DNA from: an uncultured Acidobacteriaceae bacterium
GTDB lineage: Bacteria; Acidobacteriota; Terriglobia; Terriglobales; Acidobacteriaceae
Length of the DNA stretch: 64,000 nt
Assembly: GCA_963738855.1 (NCBI GenBank)
Contig: CAVTYC010000003.1
Coordinates: 214,241 to 278,240, forward strand
Direction: 5' to 3'
Part shown: piece by piece, positions 41,817 through 52,781 of the stretch
How the letters are laid out: every line of letters begins with the position of its first letter
Position numbering within the stretch: the first letter of the stretch is position 1
The notes under the pieces: model-generated
The model's database searches: none
Told to the model about the DNA's origin: nothing
Seen by the model: the letters and a program-made list of their open reading frames with translations, nothing else
Translations under genes and position numbers: made by a program

Positions 41817-43883
41817 CTACCAGAGCTGGACGCGGTCCTTGGGTGCGAGGTAGAGCTTGTCGGTGGGTTGGACGTCGAAGGCAGGGTACCAGGCATCGTT
41901 GTTGCGGACGGTGGCAGCGCGGAATCGGCCGGGTGCGTGCGGATCGGTGAGGATCTGCTGGCGGAGGGTGGCGTCGCGTACGACGGAGCCCCAGTTCTGG
42001 CCGAAGGCGATGAAGAATTGCTGGTCGCCGGTGAAGCTGCCGTCCATGGGGGCGGGCTTGCCGTTGAGAGAGGCGTGGTAGCCGTCGTATGCGGCGGTGA
42101 GGCCGGCTACGTCCGCGATATTTTCGCTGAGGGTCTGACGGCCGTTGACGGCGAGGTCGGGAAAGGGCTTGTAGGTGTCGTACTGCGCGGCCAGTTTGGC
42201 GGCTACGGCGTTGAAGTGAGCGAGGTCTTCGGGCGTCCACCAGTTGCGGACGCGGCCCTTGGAGTCGAATGCAGCGCCCTCGGAGTCGAAGGTGTGGCTG
42301 ATCTCGTGGCCGATGACGGTGCCGATGGCTCCGTAGTTGGTCGCGGCCTGGGCCTTGGGATCGAAGAAGGGTGGCTGCAGGATGGCGGCGGGAAAGTTGA
42401 GGCCGTTGTGGAGGGGAAGGTTAACGGCGTTGACGGTCTGCGGGGTCATGGTCCACTCGCGGCGGTCGACGGTGGTTCCGATGCGGCCTACGTCATAGTG
42501 GTATTCGAAGAGGCCGCTGCGCCAGAGGTTGAGGAAGAGGTTGTCGGGCGTGACTTCTAAGGCGGTGTAGCTGCGCCAGTGATCGGGGTAGCCGATGCCG
42601 ACCTGCAGTGTGCCGAGTTTGGCGAGGGCTTCGGCTTTGGTCGCGGGAGCCATCCATGTGACGTTCTGGAGGCGCTCACGGAATGCAGCGATGAGGTTCG
42701 AGACGAGTGCTTCAGCCTGGGCCTTGGCCTCGGGGGAGAAGTAGCGCGCCGCGAAGATTTGGCCTACAGGATCGCCGAGCAGGACGGAGACGAGGCGGGC
42801 TCCGCGGACGTCGCGCGGGCGCTGCTGGGGTGTGCCGGAGAGGGTCTGGCCGAAGAAGGCGAAGCTCTCGTCGGCGAGTGCTTTGGATGAGGCTGCGGCG
42901 TAGGCTTCGATGACGTGATAGGTGAGCAGGTCCTTCCACGCGTCGATGGGCTGGGAGGCGACTAGTGCGGCCTCGCCGGTGAAGGCGATGGGTTGCCAGA
43001 CGATGAAGGTGGTTTGTTTGTCGAGACCTGCGGCGCGGAAGAACTCGGGCCAGTCGAGGCCAGGAGCATTGGCGGTGAAGTCGGCGCGACTCCAGGGGTT
43101 GTTGGCTTTGTGGATGTCTTCGCTGTCGGCGAGCGAGATGTGGACCTTGGCTATCTGGGTCTCGAGTGCCACGACGCGGGCGGCGCGGGCGTCTGCGTCG
43201 GCGAGGCCGGCGAGGCGGAACATGGCGGCGATGTGGGTCTGGTACTTGGTGCGGATCTCCTGCATGCGAGGGGAGGTGGAGAGGTAGTAGTCGCGGTTGG
43301 GGAGCTGAAGGCCGCCTTGCAGGAGGTAGGGGGCGTAGTGGTCGGGGTCGTTGAAGCTGGGTGCTACCCAGAGGCCGAAGATGTTCGGCGTGTGAAAGTT
43401 GGTGTTGTTGAGGGCATCGACGTCGGCTCGGAGGGAGAGGCCGAGGGCGTGGGCTAGCTGGCGTGGCGAGTTGATGGCGGCGATCTCGGCGAGGTGCGGC
43501 TTGAGAGTGGCCAGGCCGTGGGTTTCGATGGCGGCCTCGTCCATGTAGGAGTGGTAGAGGTCGGCGATCTTGCGCTGGTCGGTACCGGGGGCGGCGTTGG
43601 CCTTGGTCGCATCCTGGATGATGCTGTTGGTGCGCTCGAAGCTGAGGTCGGAGAGCACGGTAAAGACGCCGATGGTGGCGCGGTCGGGGGGAAGCTTGGT
43701 GTGGGTGAGGAAGCCGCCGTTGGCGAAGGTGTAGAAGTCGTCGCCGGGCCGGACGGAGGTGTCCATATTGGCGATGGCGATGCCGTGCGCGAGAGGGGCC
43801 GCAGTCTGGGCTGGGGCGACGGCGCTGAAGGTGAGGAGGATATTGCCGGAGAGAGCGAGAAGGCGGCGGGCTATGAGAGTCAT
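41817..43883 (-). CDS. M13 family metallopeptidase
   Basis: PGDDFY, VNAVN, FPAAILQPPF, HEISH, ENIAD, DPHAP. Confidence 0.95.
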   Translation of the reverse strand: MTLIARRLLALSGNILLTFSAVAPAQTAAPLAHGIAIANMDTSVRPGDDFYTFANGGFLTHTKLPPDRATIGVFTVLSDLSFERTNSIIQDATKANAAPGTDQRKIADLYHSYMDEAAIETHGLATLKPHLAEIAAINSPRQLAHALGLSLRADVDALNNTNFHTPNIFGLWVAPSFNDPDHYAPYLLQGGLQLPNRDYYLSTSPRMQEIRTKYQTHIAAMFRLAGLADADARAARVVALETQIAKVHISLADSEDIHKANNPWSRADFTANAPGLDWPEFFRAAGLDKQTTFIVWQPIAFTGEAALVASQPIDAWKDLLTYHVIEAYAAASSKALADESFAFFGQTLSGTPQQRPRDVRGARLVSVLLGDPVGQIFAARYFSPEAKAQAEALVSNLIAAFRERLQNVTWMAPATKAEALAKLGTLQVGIGYPDHWRSYTALEVTPDNLFLNLWRSGLFEYHYDVGRIGTTVDRREWTMTPQTVNAVNLPLHNGLNFPAAILQPPFFDPKAQAATNYGAIGTVIGHEISHTFDSEGAAFDSKGRVRNWWTPEDLAHFNAVAAKLAAQYDTYKPFPDLAVNGRQTLSENIADVAGLTAAYDGYHASLNGKPAPMDGSFTGDQQFFIAFGQNWGSVVRDATLRQQILTDPHAPGRFRAATVRNNDAWYPAFDVQPTDKLYLAPKDRVQLW

Positions 43884-43958
43884 CCTGATTTGCTCCGGTC
43901 GGCAGGGCTGGAACTGCTGTGCCTACCGACCGGAGTATTATCGCCTACGCTTGATGGC

Positions 43959-45266
43959 TTAGGCCTTGGCGAAGGGGTCTTCGAGCGAGGGGCTTTGGGG
44001 GGTGAACATCTCTCCGCCGTTGGGGGTGACGACCCAATCGTCTTCGAGGCGGACGCCGAACTCGCCGGTGATGTAGATGCCGGGCTCGTCGGAGAAGGTC
44101 ATGCCGGCGACGAGTGGAGTGGTGTTGCGGCGGACGAGATAGGGCCACTCGTGGCCGTCCATGCCGATGCCGTGGCCGAGGCGGTGGCTGAAGTATTTGT
44201 AGTCGGGGCCGTAGCCTGCGTCGGTGATGACCTTGCGGGCTGCGGCGTCGATGGCTTGGCACTCAATGCCGGGGCGGGCTGCGGCGAGGGCTGCGGCCTG
44301 AGCCTTGTGGACGATGTCGAAGACTTTCTTCTGCTTGTCGGTGGCCTTGCCGAGGACGAAGGTGCGCGACATGTCGGACTGGTAGCCTTCGACGGTGCAG
44401 CCGTCGTCGATGAGGATGATCTCGCCTTCGCGGATGACCTGCGGCTGGAGCGAGCCGTGGGGCAGGGCGGAGTACTCGCCGACCTGGCAGCTGGCGTCGC
44501 CGGGGAAGCCGACGCGGTTGTAGGCGGCGGAGACGAGCTCGCTGAAGTGGCGGTTGGTCATGCCGGGTTGTGCGGACTTGTAGACGGCTTCGTAGACGTT
44601 GAAGGTGACGTCGTTGGCGAGGCGCATGAGGGCCAGCTCAGCGGGAGATTTGACGCCGCGGCAGCCGAAGGTGATGGGGGTTCCGCTGACGGCCGTGAGG
44701 CTGGGGCTGGCGTGGGCGATGCCGTCGGAGAAGGCGAACTGGGTGCGCTCCTCGACGCCGATCTTACCGGTGGTGATGCCGGCGTCCTTGAGCGCTTTGG
44801 CGAGAAGGGCGTAGGGGTTCTCGTCTTCGTTCCAGGTGTAGACCTTGGTGGTGGAGGCGGCAGGAAGCGTCGCGGGCTTGGCTTCCATGCGCTCACGGAC
44901 GCGGCCCTCTTCGAAGACTGGGGAGATGATGAAGGGACCTCCCTTGGCGGGTAGGACCCAGGCGAAGAAGCGCTCGGACTGTCCCCAACGCAGGCCGGTG
45001 AAGTAGTTGAGCGAGGTGCCGGTGGCGATGACGAGGGCGTCGATCTTGTGCTGGGCGAGAAGCTGGCGGGCGCGTTCGACACGCTGCTCGCGCTCTTCGA
45101 GCGTGATGGGCACGGCTTCGGAGCGGCGGCTGGTGAGTGCGGCGATTGGGGCGGGAAGCTTGAGGTCGGCGGGCGGCGCTGCACTGGGACGTTGGGCCTG
45201 GAGTTTCAGGGACGGAGCTGCGGCGGCTGCAGTTGCGGCTAGGAGGAAGCTTCTTCTGGATGGCAT
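43959..45266 (-). CDS. M24 family Xaa-Pro peptidase with Tat signal
   Basis: SRRSFL, GYQSDMSRT, HRLGHGIGMDGHE, EPGIY, GVRLED. Confidence 0.93.
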   Translation of the reverse strand: MPSRRSFLLAATAAAAAPSLKLQAQRPSAAPPADLKLPAPIAALTSRRSEAVPITLEEREQRVERARQLLAQHKIDALVIATGTSLNYFTGLRWGQSERFFAWVLPAKGGPFIISPVFEEGRVRERMEAKPATLPAASTTKVYTWNEDENPYALLAKALKDAGITTGKIGVEERTQFAFSDGIAHASPSLTAVSGTPITFGCRGVKSPAELALMRLANDVTFNVYEAVYKSAQPGMTNRHFSELVSAAYNRVGFPGDASCQVGEYSALPHGSLQPQVIREGEIILIDDGCTVEGYQSDMSRTFVLGKATDKQKKVFDIVHKAQAAALAAARPGIECQAIDAAARKVITDAGYGPDYKYFSHRLGHGIGMDGHEWPYLVRRNTTPLVAGMTFSDEPGIYITGEFGVRLEDDWVVTPNGGEMFTPQSPSLEDPFAKA

Positions 45267-45388
45267 AGGAGGATTGTAACGTGATGGTCTGGATAAGTGC
45301 CCGGTAATCGATGGAGTAGATTCGATTCCGCGCGGATGGTAGGCTTCGATTCTAAGCCTCGAAATTTCCTATAAGGGTGGGATTGCCA

Positions 45389-46405
45389 ATGGCGATGATT
45401 ACGACAGTGCAACAGCATATGCTGCAACAGCAACAGGAGATGCTGAAGGCCACTGGCCGCGAGGCGACAGGAACGTTCAGCTGGTTGCTGAGCGGGATCA
45501 CGTTGGCAGCGAAGATGGTGGAGGCGAAGATTCGCTCGGCGGGGTTGATCGACGTGTTGGGTGCGTTTGGTGCGGAGAATGTGCAGGGCGAGCAGCAACA
45601 GAAGTTGGATGTGTATGCGAACCAGGCGCTGCTGCACTGCCTCGGTCTGCGTGACAGCGTGGCTGCGTTGGTCAGCGAAGAGGACGAAGAGCCCGTGACG
45701 TTCAATCGCGATCCGGAGACGGGGAAGTACATTATCGTCTTCGATCCGCTGGATGGGTCGAGCAATATCGACGTGAATGTCAATGTGGGGACGATCTTTA
45801 GTGTGCTGCGCAGGTTGCCGCCTGAGTTGGGGACTCTGGATGAGTCGATTCTGCAGCATGGTTTTCGGCAGGTGGCGGCGGGCTATGTGCTGTATGGGCC
45901 TTCGACCGTGCTGGTCTATACGACGGGCAATGGTGTGTATGGATTTACGCTCGATCCTGCGATCGGCGCGTTTGTGCTGAGCAACGAGCGGATGCAGATG
46001 CCGGAGCAGGGAAGCTACTACTCTGTGAATGAGGCGCATGCGGCGAGCTGGCCGGAGGGGTATCGCGCGTATCTCGAGATGCTGCGGGCCGGTGGACTGG
46101 GCAGAGAGTACAGCTCGCGGTACATCGGTAGCCTGGTGGCGGACTTTCATCGGACGCTGCTGAAGGGTGGGGTGTTTCTATATCCGCCAACGTTGAAGCA
46201 GCCGAAGGGCAAGCTACGGTTGCTGTACGAGGCGAATCCGCTGGCGTTTATCGCGGAGCAGGCAGGTGGAATGGCCACGACCGGCGTTGAGAGGGTTTTG
46301 GATATCAAGCCGGAGGGGATCCATCAGCGGACACCCTTTTGCGTAGGCAGCAGGCGCGAGATGGGGGCGCTGGCAGCAGAACTGAGTGGAGTGACAGCGA
46401 AGTGA
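45389..46405 (+). CDS. fbp: Fructose-1,6-bisphosphatase class 1
   Basis: NVQGEQQQKLD, SEE, DPLDGSSNID, RYIGSLVADFHR, GKLRLLYE. Confidence 0.96.
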   Translation: MAMITTVQQHMLQQQQEMLKATGREATGTFSWLLSGITLAAKMVEAKIRSAGLIDVLGAFGAENVQGEQQQKLDVYANQALLHCLGLRDSVAALVSEEDEEPVTFNRDPETGKYIIVFDPLDGSSNIDVNVNVGTIFSVLRRLPPELGTLDESILQHGFRQVAAGYVLYGPSTVLVYTTGNGVYGFTLDPAIGAFVLSNERMQMPEQGSYYSVNEAHAASWPEGYRAYLEMLRAGGLGREYSSRYIGSLVADFHRTLLKGGVFLYPPTLKQPKGKLRLLYEANPLAFIAEQAGGMATTGVERVLDIKPEGIHQRTPFCVGSRREMGALAAELSGVTAK

Positions 46406-46668
46406 GTGAGTTTGCAGCAGTAGTGACGGATATTCGTGAGGAGTCGCGGGTTGCGGGGCGCCAGCGCTGGCAGATGGCGCTGGATCGCACGGAGTTTCAC
46501 GCTGGCGATGTTGGGGTACTGGAGGCCGTCGCCCGGAGTGGGGCCCGTTTGCAGGTGCCGGTGCTTAGGGTGGAGGTGGATGTTGCGGGCGAGGTGTGGC
46601 ATGTGGTCGAGAAGCCGCTGGCCGCGGGGACGGCTGTTTCGGGATGGGTGGGCGCTCGCGAAGTTTGA
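46402..46668 (+). CDS. Small protein resembling the N-terminal beta-domain of AlaX-type alanyl-tRNA editing proteins
   Basis: GTGA overlap with fbp stop; FAAVVTD...ALDRTEF...DVGVL...GEVWHV...L-AG-V-G pattern; lacks GGQ and the editing domain. Confidence 0.55.
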   Translation: MSEFAAVVTDIREESRVAGRQRWQMALDRTEFHAGDVGVLEAVARSGARLQVPVLRVEVDVAGEVWHVVEKPLAAGTAVSGWVGAREV

Positions 46669-46753
46669 GCCGAGAGGCACTTACTGGTACACTTAAATGA
46701 GTCGTTAGACGGCATGGCTGCTGCATAAGCAGTGTGCGATGCAAGTCTGGTGG

Positions 46754-46829
46754 GGGGCTGTAGCTCAGCTGGGAGAGCGCCTCGTTCGCAACGAGGAGGT
46801 CAGCGGTTCGATCCCGCTCAGCTCCACCA
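46754..46829 (+). tRNA. tRNA-Ala (anticodon CGC)
   Basis: 76-nt cloverleaf, GGGGCTG/CAGCTCC acceptor stem with G3:U70, CCTCG-TTCGCAA-CGAGG, GTTCGAT, encoded CCA. Confidence 0.97.
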
Positions 46830-46904
46830 AAATAATCAAGGACTTACATCGAAAATTTGGGTCCAATAAGAAGAGAAATTCAGCATGCGTCCAATTTGGG
46901 TCCA

Positions 46905-47440
46905 TTACGCTGCATTCTCTTTTTTCACCAGAACGAGAGACGCTACTTTTTCTCCTGCCTCCCGCTTTTCATCACCTACAGTCTGAGCGTATGTCGCCAG
47001 CGTCATCTCTGCTGTTGAGTGCCGCATTAGCTCCATACTGACCCGGAGACTTGCGCGACTTGAGAGCAGCAATGAAGCGTAGCTTCTTCGCAGCGTGTGC
47101 CACCCTAGACTCGGCTTGTCGATACCTGCTGCTTGGATTGCAGGTTCGACGTTCCTCCGCCAGAGAGTCCCAGGCCAGAGCGGTTGTTTGCCAAGTGAAA
47201 TATCGGAGGCAAACACCCAGTTCTCAGGCTTGGTGTAGGAAGACTTTGCCTTCCACTTCGTCAGTGCTTCAATGGCTTGTTTGAGGCAAGGGAAGGGGAC
47301 GACGTGAGGACTCTGTCTTCGGTGGTCCCACTATGCCATCAACATATGATCGTCGGATGTGCAAGACGGCACGATCAAAATGTTGCTTCTGCGCTCAGTT
47401 GTCAAAGAGCCTTGCTGTAGCGTTCACGTTTGAAATTCAT
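46905..47440 (-). pseudogene. Tyrosine recombinase/integrase remnant (internal deletion plus frameshifts)
   Basis: GWHTLRRSYAS, ELMRHS, TYAQ catalytic C-terminus; upstream HIRRSYVDGIVGPPKTESSRR; only about 19 N-terminal codons remain from ATG 47440. Confidence 0.88.
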
Positions 47441-47769
47441 GCTGCCGTCCTTTCGGGTTGGGCGGCATGACCGACAGGATCAGTGCAACTCTCAGTCTCA
47501 AGCCAAGCTTTGAGTTGGGAGAGCGGAAAGAGGATCTTTCGAGCGCTAAGGCGACGGTGAGGTACTTTTCCTTCACGCGCCCATCTCAGCAAGGTGACAG
47601 GGTGGATACGTGCAATCCCGGCTGCTTCGCGGGCTGTCAACCAATGGCTTTCAATCGCTGACTTAACTGGTGGCTTTTGGTCGAGTGGGGTCGGGGAACT
47701 GAAGTCGCCAACTTGTATGTTCGAGAGTCCCGCATAGTCAAAAGCCGAAATCCGTGGTGTCGATGGCAT
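47437..47769 (-). CDS. Excisionase-like helix-turn-helix protein
   Basis: WLTAREAA-IHPVTLLRWAREGKVP-ILFPLSQLKAWL; stop overlaps integrase start. Confidence 0.8.
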   Translation of the reverse strand: MPSTPRISAFDYAGLSNIQVGDFSSPTPLDQKPPVKSAIESHWLTAREAAGIARIHPVTLLRWAREGKVPHRRLSARKILFPLSQLKAWLETESCTDPVGHAAQPERTAA

Positions 47770-48140
47770 AGTGCCTCCGGTCGGTGACCACATTCTTCAG
47801 AGAATGCCCAAGGAGATCAAAAACGTCCAAGACTTTTTAGATCATCACTGATGCGTTGAGGGCATTAGGAAGGAACTCGCGGGTTTTGGTGGGCATGGCA
47901 AGAAAGAACAAGACAGTCTTAGAGCTAAACAAAGTTGGAAGGCGCAGATAGGTGTTTACGTGCTTCGTCAAGATCGCGACGACTTTGCTTGGTGATGATT
48001 CAGTTCGGAAGGATCGTGAAGAAGAGTAGTACAGAACGCAGCTGCAACCAACGTTGCACGGGTCATTACGCGTTGAGGCAAAACAGGGGATCGTGGGCGC
48101 GCAACTATCCCTGAGCACATAATTTGGCCCGGTTCACTGC

Positions 48141-50428
48141 CTATTGGCAGTGAGGAGCGTTGTCATCGGACATGGAAGGTGGGGGCGTGGATTTTCCCCA
48201 ACGTGATGGGGACGAACCCATTGTGAATACGAGTGTCGCACCGTCCTTGATTTGAGCATGACGAAACCAGGAATTAGGCAGATCGACGGCATTGAGCGTC
48301 ACTGACTGCACGTAGCGATTCAAACCTTTGTCATCGAGATTCTTGGCGATGATATGCAGTTTTTTCCCATTTCCTATAGAAAGCTCGGCATCGGGGATGC
48401 TTGGCGTACTGATGAGATATACATCCTGTCCGGCAACCGGGTAAATCCCCAAGGTTGAAAAGATCAACCAACTGGACATGGCGCCGGAATCGTCGTTTCC
48501 TGGGATCCCGGCACGATTATCCATAAAGTATTTCTCGAGCAGGAGATGAACAATATCGGCACTTTTGTCCGGGCGGCCCGCATAGTTATAGAGCACAGGC
48601 ATGAGAAATCCTGGCTCGTTAGTGACATCAAAATGGTTGCGCAGGAATGTCCAGTCCAGACGGCGAATAAAGTCCTCGTTGCCGCCGGCCATTGTAATAA
48701 GGCGGCGCATGTCCTGGGGAGCGTAGAGCGAGTAGGTCCAAATATCTCCTTCATAAAAAAAATCAGGCCAGGTTCCGCGGACGACAAGGTAAGGGGCGGC
48801 CCATGTTCCATCCGGGTTGCGCGGTCGCAGAAAACCCTTGAAGCCTTCTACACTCATATCCTTATCCCAGAGATTTTCGAAATTATGAGCGCGGCTAGCG
48901 TAAAGAGCCGCCTCTTCCTTTTTGCCTAGACCGCAGGCGGTCTCAGAGATCGCAAAATCGTCGTAGCTATACTCCACTGTGCGTGATCCTGATCGTTCAT
49001 CAGCGAGTGTCACATAGCCCTTTTCGTTGTAGTCTGTGAGGCCTCCTCGCCCCTCTTTTTGAGGATCGGCAGGTGGGACTCCCGCGTCATGAACCATCGC
49101 GGAGAACGCAGTCTTGTAGTCGATGCCTTTTAGGCCTTTAAGATATGCATCGGCGATGACAATGTTCGCATTGGAGCCTCCTTGCGTGCGGCCGTTATCA
49201 TTCCCACTTCGTGCGTCCGGCATATAGCCTGTGTGGCGGTAGATATCTATAAGCGAGCTGATAATATCGCGCTGTCGATTAGGTGAAATCAGCGTCAGCA
49301 GAGGGCTTGATGTACGAAACGTATCCCAAATGCAGTAATAGTCGTCATAGTAAGGCTCAGGGGATGTCCACCCAGGATTCTCTCCTGTCCGGTCAGTAGG
49401 CATAAGCATTATGTGATACATCGCGGTGTAAAGCTGACGACGTTGGGACTCGTCGCTCCGACAAGGCTGAGTTTTGCCAACTCGCTATTCCAAAGCGAGA
49501 CGGCTGCACTCTGTACAGAAGCGAAGTTCCATCCTGGGATTTCTGTCTGCACATTTGTTTTTGCTTGGGCTGCACTAATGAATGAGATACCAACCTTCAT
49601 TTGCACAACCTGATTGACTTTTGTATCAAAATCGAAAGATGCTCCGATCGGAGAGCCATCGGATACAACAGCATCGCTGGAATTCGAAAGTGTGGTTCCG
49701 TTAGACCAGGTTCTTATCGACTTTGTCGGGGTATCTAGAATGATGTAGTAGTAGACCTTGTACTCACCGCCCCTATTCCAACCACCAGTAACTCGGGTTA
49801 CACCTTCGATCTCACGGTCGGAGAGGACATGGACTTCTGCTCCCAGAAACCGCTGCGATTCCCAGCCAGTTCCAAGATTCAATGCAGAGGCAAGGTTTGC
49901 GATAACATGAGCCTGCGGCGAGGCGGGGAATACATATCGGTGAAAACCCACGCGGCGGCTACTAGTGAGTTCAGCCTTGATTCCATAGCGGCTGAGTGTT
50001 GTCGCATAATAACCAACTTCATTGACCTCTTTCGCGCGTGGCGACCGGGTGGAAAGTGGATCAACCCCTCCTGTAAGAGGCATAACCAGAACGTTACCGT
50101 ACTTGCCCTGCGCACCGCTAAGATGCAAATGAGAAAAGCCCAGAATCTCGCCATTGCTTGAATAGCCAAAGCCAGAGCGGTGCCCGTCGAAATTCTGCAT
50201 GTCGGGGCCAAGTTTGACCATTCCGAATGGAATTGCAGAGCCAACAAAGGTATTGCCGCCCCAATCTACACCAATGAACGGATCGACCTAATGCGTGTAA
50301 TCCGCTACGGTCTTTTGCGGAAGCTGTTCCGACTGGGCTGTTGGTCCAACAAGGAGAGCGAGGGAAAGGAAAGAGCCGATAAATCGATGAATCGATCGCC
50401 AGCGACTCGATTGAGAGATATGTTTCAT
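48141..50428 (-). pseudogene. GH92 alpha-mannosidase, disrupted
   Basis: VDPFIG, PFGMVKLGPD, GFSHLHLSG, WDTFR, TVEYSYDD, NEP, GNDDSGAMSSW; in-frame TAG at 50288-50290 and frameshift near 49450. Confidence 0.88.
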
Positions 50429-50641
50429 AGTAACGATTCCTTCGGATGTCTGACCGCACCTACGAATTTGGACCTCGCGTGTGCGCTGACATGCCGCATG
50501 CACGACCTTGTGCCAACGGCCTTGTCATAAATGCGATACTCCCCGTCGTGAAGTCGCCGAGGTACATTCTTGTTGATTTGCTGCGTCGATTCGAAGTCAC
50601 GGTAGGGAATGACGGTGATCCTTTCGCCGAGTCGCTTCTGT

Positions 50642-51517
50642 TTACCATGAAATCCTCGCCGGAAAAAACTCCGCAAACAGGTCTTCGTAATAGGGCTTCA
50701 ATTCCTTAAGGTTCGGCTTGGTGTGGCCCTTCGAGTACAAGTCATATGGGTTGAACTTCAGTACCCATGACAACATCTCCCGGTCCTGCTTGTTGCAAAG
50801 ATAATCGTATGCACCGTGACGATGCCAAGCATAAAACGAGTGGTAGCGCAGCATGTAGAGCGCTTCCATTGGGAGATAGTTCTTCATCACCTCGTAGATG
50901 TAACCGTCGTGCCCGAAGGACATCTTCACCTTGTCGAGGCCGCCGTTTGGCTCATAGATGCCGTACTTCGTCTGATAGGACGGATTGCTGTCATCAGGAT
51001 TGTCCCTGAAGTATTCCGGAAACACGACCGCCTCGGAATACGCGCATCCCGTAGGGAAGGTATCGCCGACCACGCCCCATTGCGGCTCGCCATAGAGGCA
51101 GAGACATTTCCCTAAATCGTGGACGAATCCCGTCGCAACCATCCAACGAGGATGTCCGTCCTTACGGATCGCTTCAGAGGTCTGGAGCAGATGCTCGAGC
51201 TGCGTGAGGTCTGTATCCGGATCGCTGTCGTCCACCAGCGTGTTCAAATACTCAGCTGCCTCCCAAATGCTCTTCTGGTCGCGAATCAGTCCGAAGTACT
51301 CCTTCTCCTTCGCGAGCACATATTCATGCGTCTGATGCTTGTGATTCAGGCGGTAGAATTCTGCCACGCCGGGGTTAGCCTGCGCGTCATACTGTCTGAA
51401 CTCCTCCTGAGACTTGCCTTCTCTGTATCGGCCTTCAAGGAACTCGTCCCACTCCTCCATGTCGGCGGACAACGGTTTGCTTTCTACGTCGGGAAGGTGC
51501 TTCGATACCGTACTCAC
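50642..51517 (-). CDS. myo-Inositol oxygenase family protein
   Basis: VDDSDPDTD, HLLQTSEAIR, HDLGK, PQWGVVGDTFP, SFGHDGY, RYHSFY, FNPYDLYSK; GGAGG RBS. Confidence 0.92.
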   Translation of the reverse strand: MSTVSKHLPDVESKPLSADMEEWDEFLEGRYREGKSQEEFRQYDAQANPGVAEFYRLNHKHQTHEYVLAKEKEYFGLIRDQKSIWEAAEYLNTLVDDSDPDTDLTQLEHLLQTSEAIRKDGHPRWMVATGFVHDLGKCLCLYGEPQWGVVGDTFPTGCAYSEAVVFPEYFRDNPDDSNPSYQTKYGIYEPNGGLDKVKMSFGHDGYIYEVMKNYLPMEALYMLRYHSFYAWHRHGAYDYLCNKQDREMLSWVLKFNPYDLYSKGHTKPNLKELKPYYEDLFAEFFPARISW

Positions 51518-51593
51518 TATATTTCCTCCGGGCCGGGTTGAATCGTACGTTATGGGTAACTATTGAAACTCGGTCTGCGTTGCCTCTTCGGGA

Positions 51594-52781
51594 TCAGACC
51601 TTTAGGAAGATCCTTTTTCTGAACAGCAGTAGGACCGGCACAAAGCAGATGGCAACATACATAACGGCGTACGTCAGTGCGGCGATGTATGGATTTGAAA
51701 TTAATGTTGCGAACGGATGGAACAGCGTTTGCTGCAGCGTGTAGCCGGAGCCGGGCGATCTCACGCTGGTGAGAAACGAAGCCAGAAACTCGGATAATGC
51801 GTACGCCGCGAGCGCATTTGTTCCGAAAGCGACGAGCGGAACTGCAAGGCGCGTCCCTTTCCTCTGCACATCAAGCCACCAGATGAAGATGCTCAGTGCC
51901 AGCACGCTTACTCCAGCATTGAAGAGAACAAAGGAACTGCTCCAAAGGCGCTTGTTAAGAGGCAGCCAATGGCTCCAGGCCAAGCCTGCAAGGAGACAAA
52001 AGGCTCCGGCTACGAGCAGCCGTTTTGCCCTTGCGGCGGTGCTTCCGGAAGTTTGCAGGCCAAAGGCGGTGAGGGTTCCTATCAGAGTGGAGGCGAGGGC
52101 CGGAATGGACGCGAGCAGGCCTTCGGGATCATAGTAACCCTGGTGATAGAGGTGCTTCGCCGGCAGAAGATGGCGGTCAAGCCACGCGGGTAGGTTGGCG
52201 TGCGGGTCGAGCAACGGCACGCTCACACCGGGTAAACCGTAGCCAGGTACGGGAACCCACCGGAGGACTATCCAATAGCCCAGCAGGATACCGGCGGTCA
52301 TCCAGAAGATGGCGCGCGGGCGCAGCCACAGGTAGATCAAGCTGGTCAAAAAGAAACAGATTGCGATCCTCTGCAGAACGCCGAAGACGCGAAGCGTATG
52401 GAGATCGAACTGGGGAAAACCGTTGATGGCAATTCCGATCGCAAACAAAATAAGCGCGCGCCGGAGTGCTTGACGGACAAGGGCGCGGCGAGGAACGCCA
52501 CGGCGTAGTTTCCCGCAGAGCGAGAGCACCAGAGAGATGCCCACCATGAACAGGAAGCAGGGAAAAACAACGTCTGCCAGGGTGCACCCGTTCCAGGGAG
52601 AATGACTTAGCAGGCGATAGGTGTGCGCTCCATCTCCGCTGGTGTTGACCAGGATCATCAACATGATCGTGAGGCCGCGCAGCGCGTCGAGCGACTGCAA
52701 CCGTCCATCAAGCGCGGAAGGTGCGGGGATATTCGGATCTTGGGGTATGGTTGCAAGCGGATTCGGAGCGTGCGTAATCAT
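51594..52781 (-). CDS. Heparan-alpha-glucosaminide N-acetyltransferase-like (NagX-type) membrane protein
   Basis: RLQSLDALRG, MILVN, H-PWNG-TLADVVFPCFLF, GVLQRIA, DPEGLL, PLNKRLWSSS. Confidence 0.9.
   Translation of the reverse strand: MITHAPNPLATIPQDPNIPAPSALDGRLQSLDALRGLTIMLMILVNTSGDGAHTYRLLSHSPWNGCTLADVVFPCFLFMVGISLVLSLCGKLRRGVPRRALVRQALRRALILFAIGIAINGFPQFDLHTLRVFGVLQRIAICFFLTSLIYLWLRPRAIFWMTAGILLGYWIVLRWVPVPGYGLPGVSVPLLDPHANLPAWLDRHLLPAKHLYHQGYYDPEGLLASIPALASTLIGTLTAFGLQTSGSTAARAKRLLVAGAFCLLAGLAWSHWLPLNKRLWSSSFVLFNAGVSVLALSIFIWWLDVQRKGTRLAVPLVAFGTNALAAYALSEFLASFLTSVRSPGSGYTLQQTLFHPFATLISNPYIAALTYAVMYVAICFVPVLLLFRKRIFLKV

Noticed and set aside
47800-48130. Short ORFs between the xis-like gene and GH92
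   Set aside because: No recognisable motifs; probably decayed island sequence.
50288-50290. Stop-codon recoding of TAG in GH92
   Set aside because: The gene also has a frameshift and no recoding machinery is visible; a nonsense mutation or sequence error is simpler.
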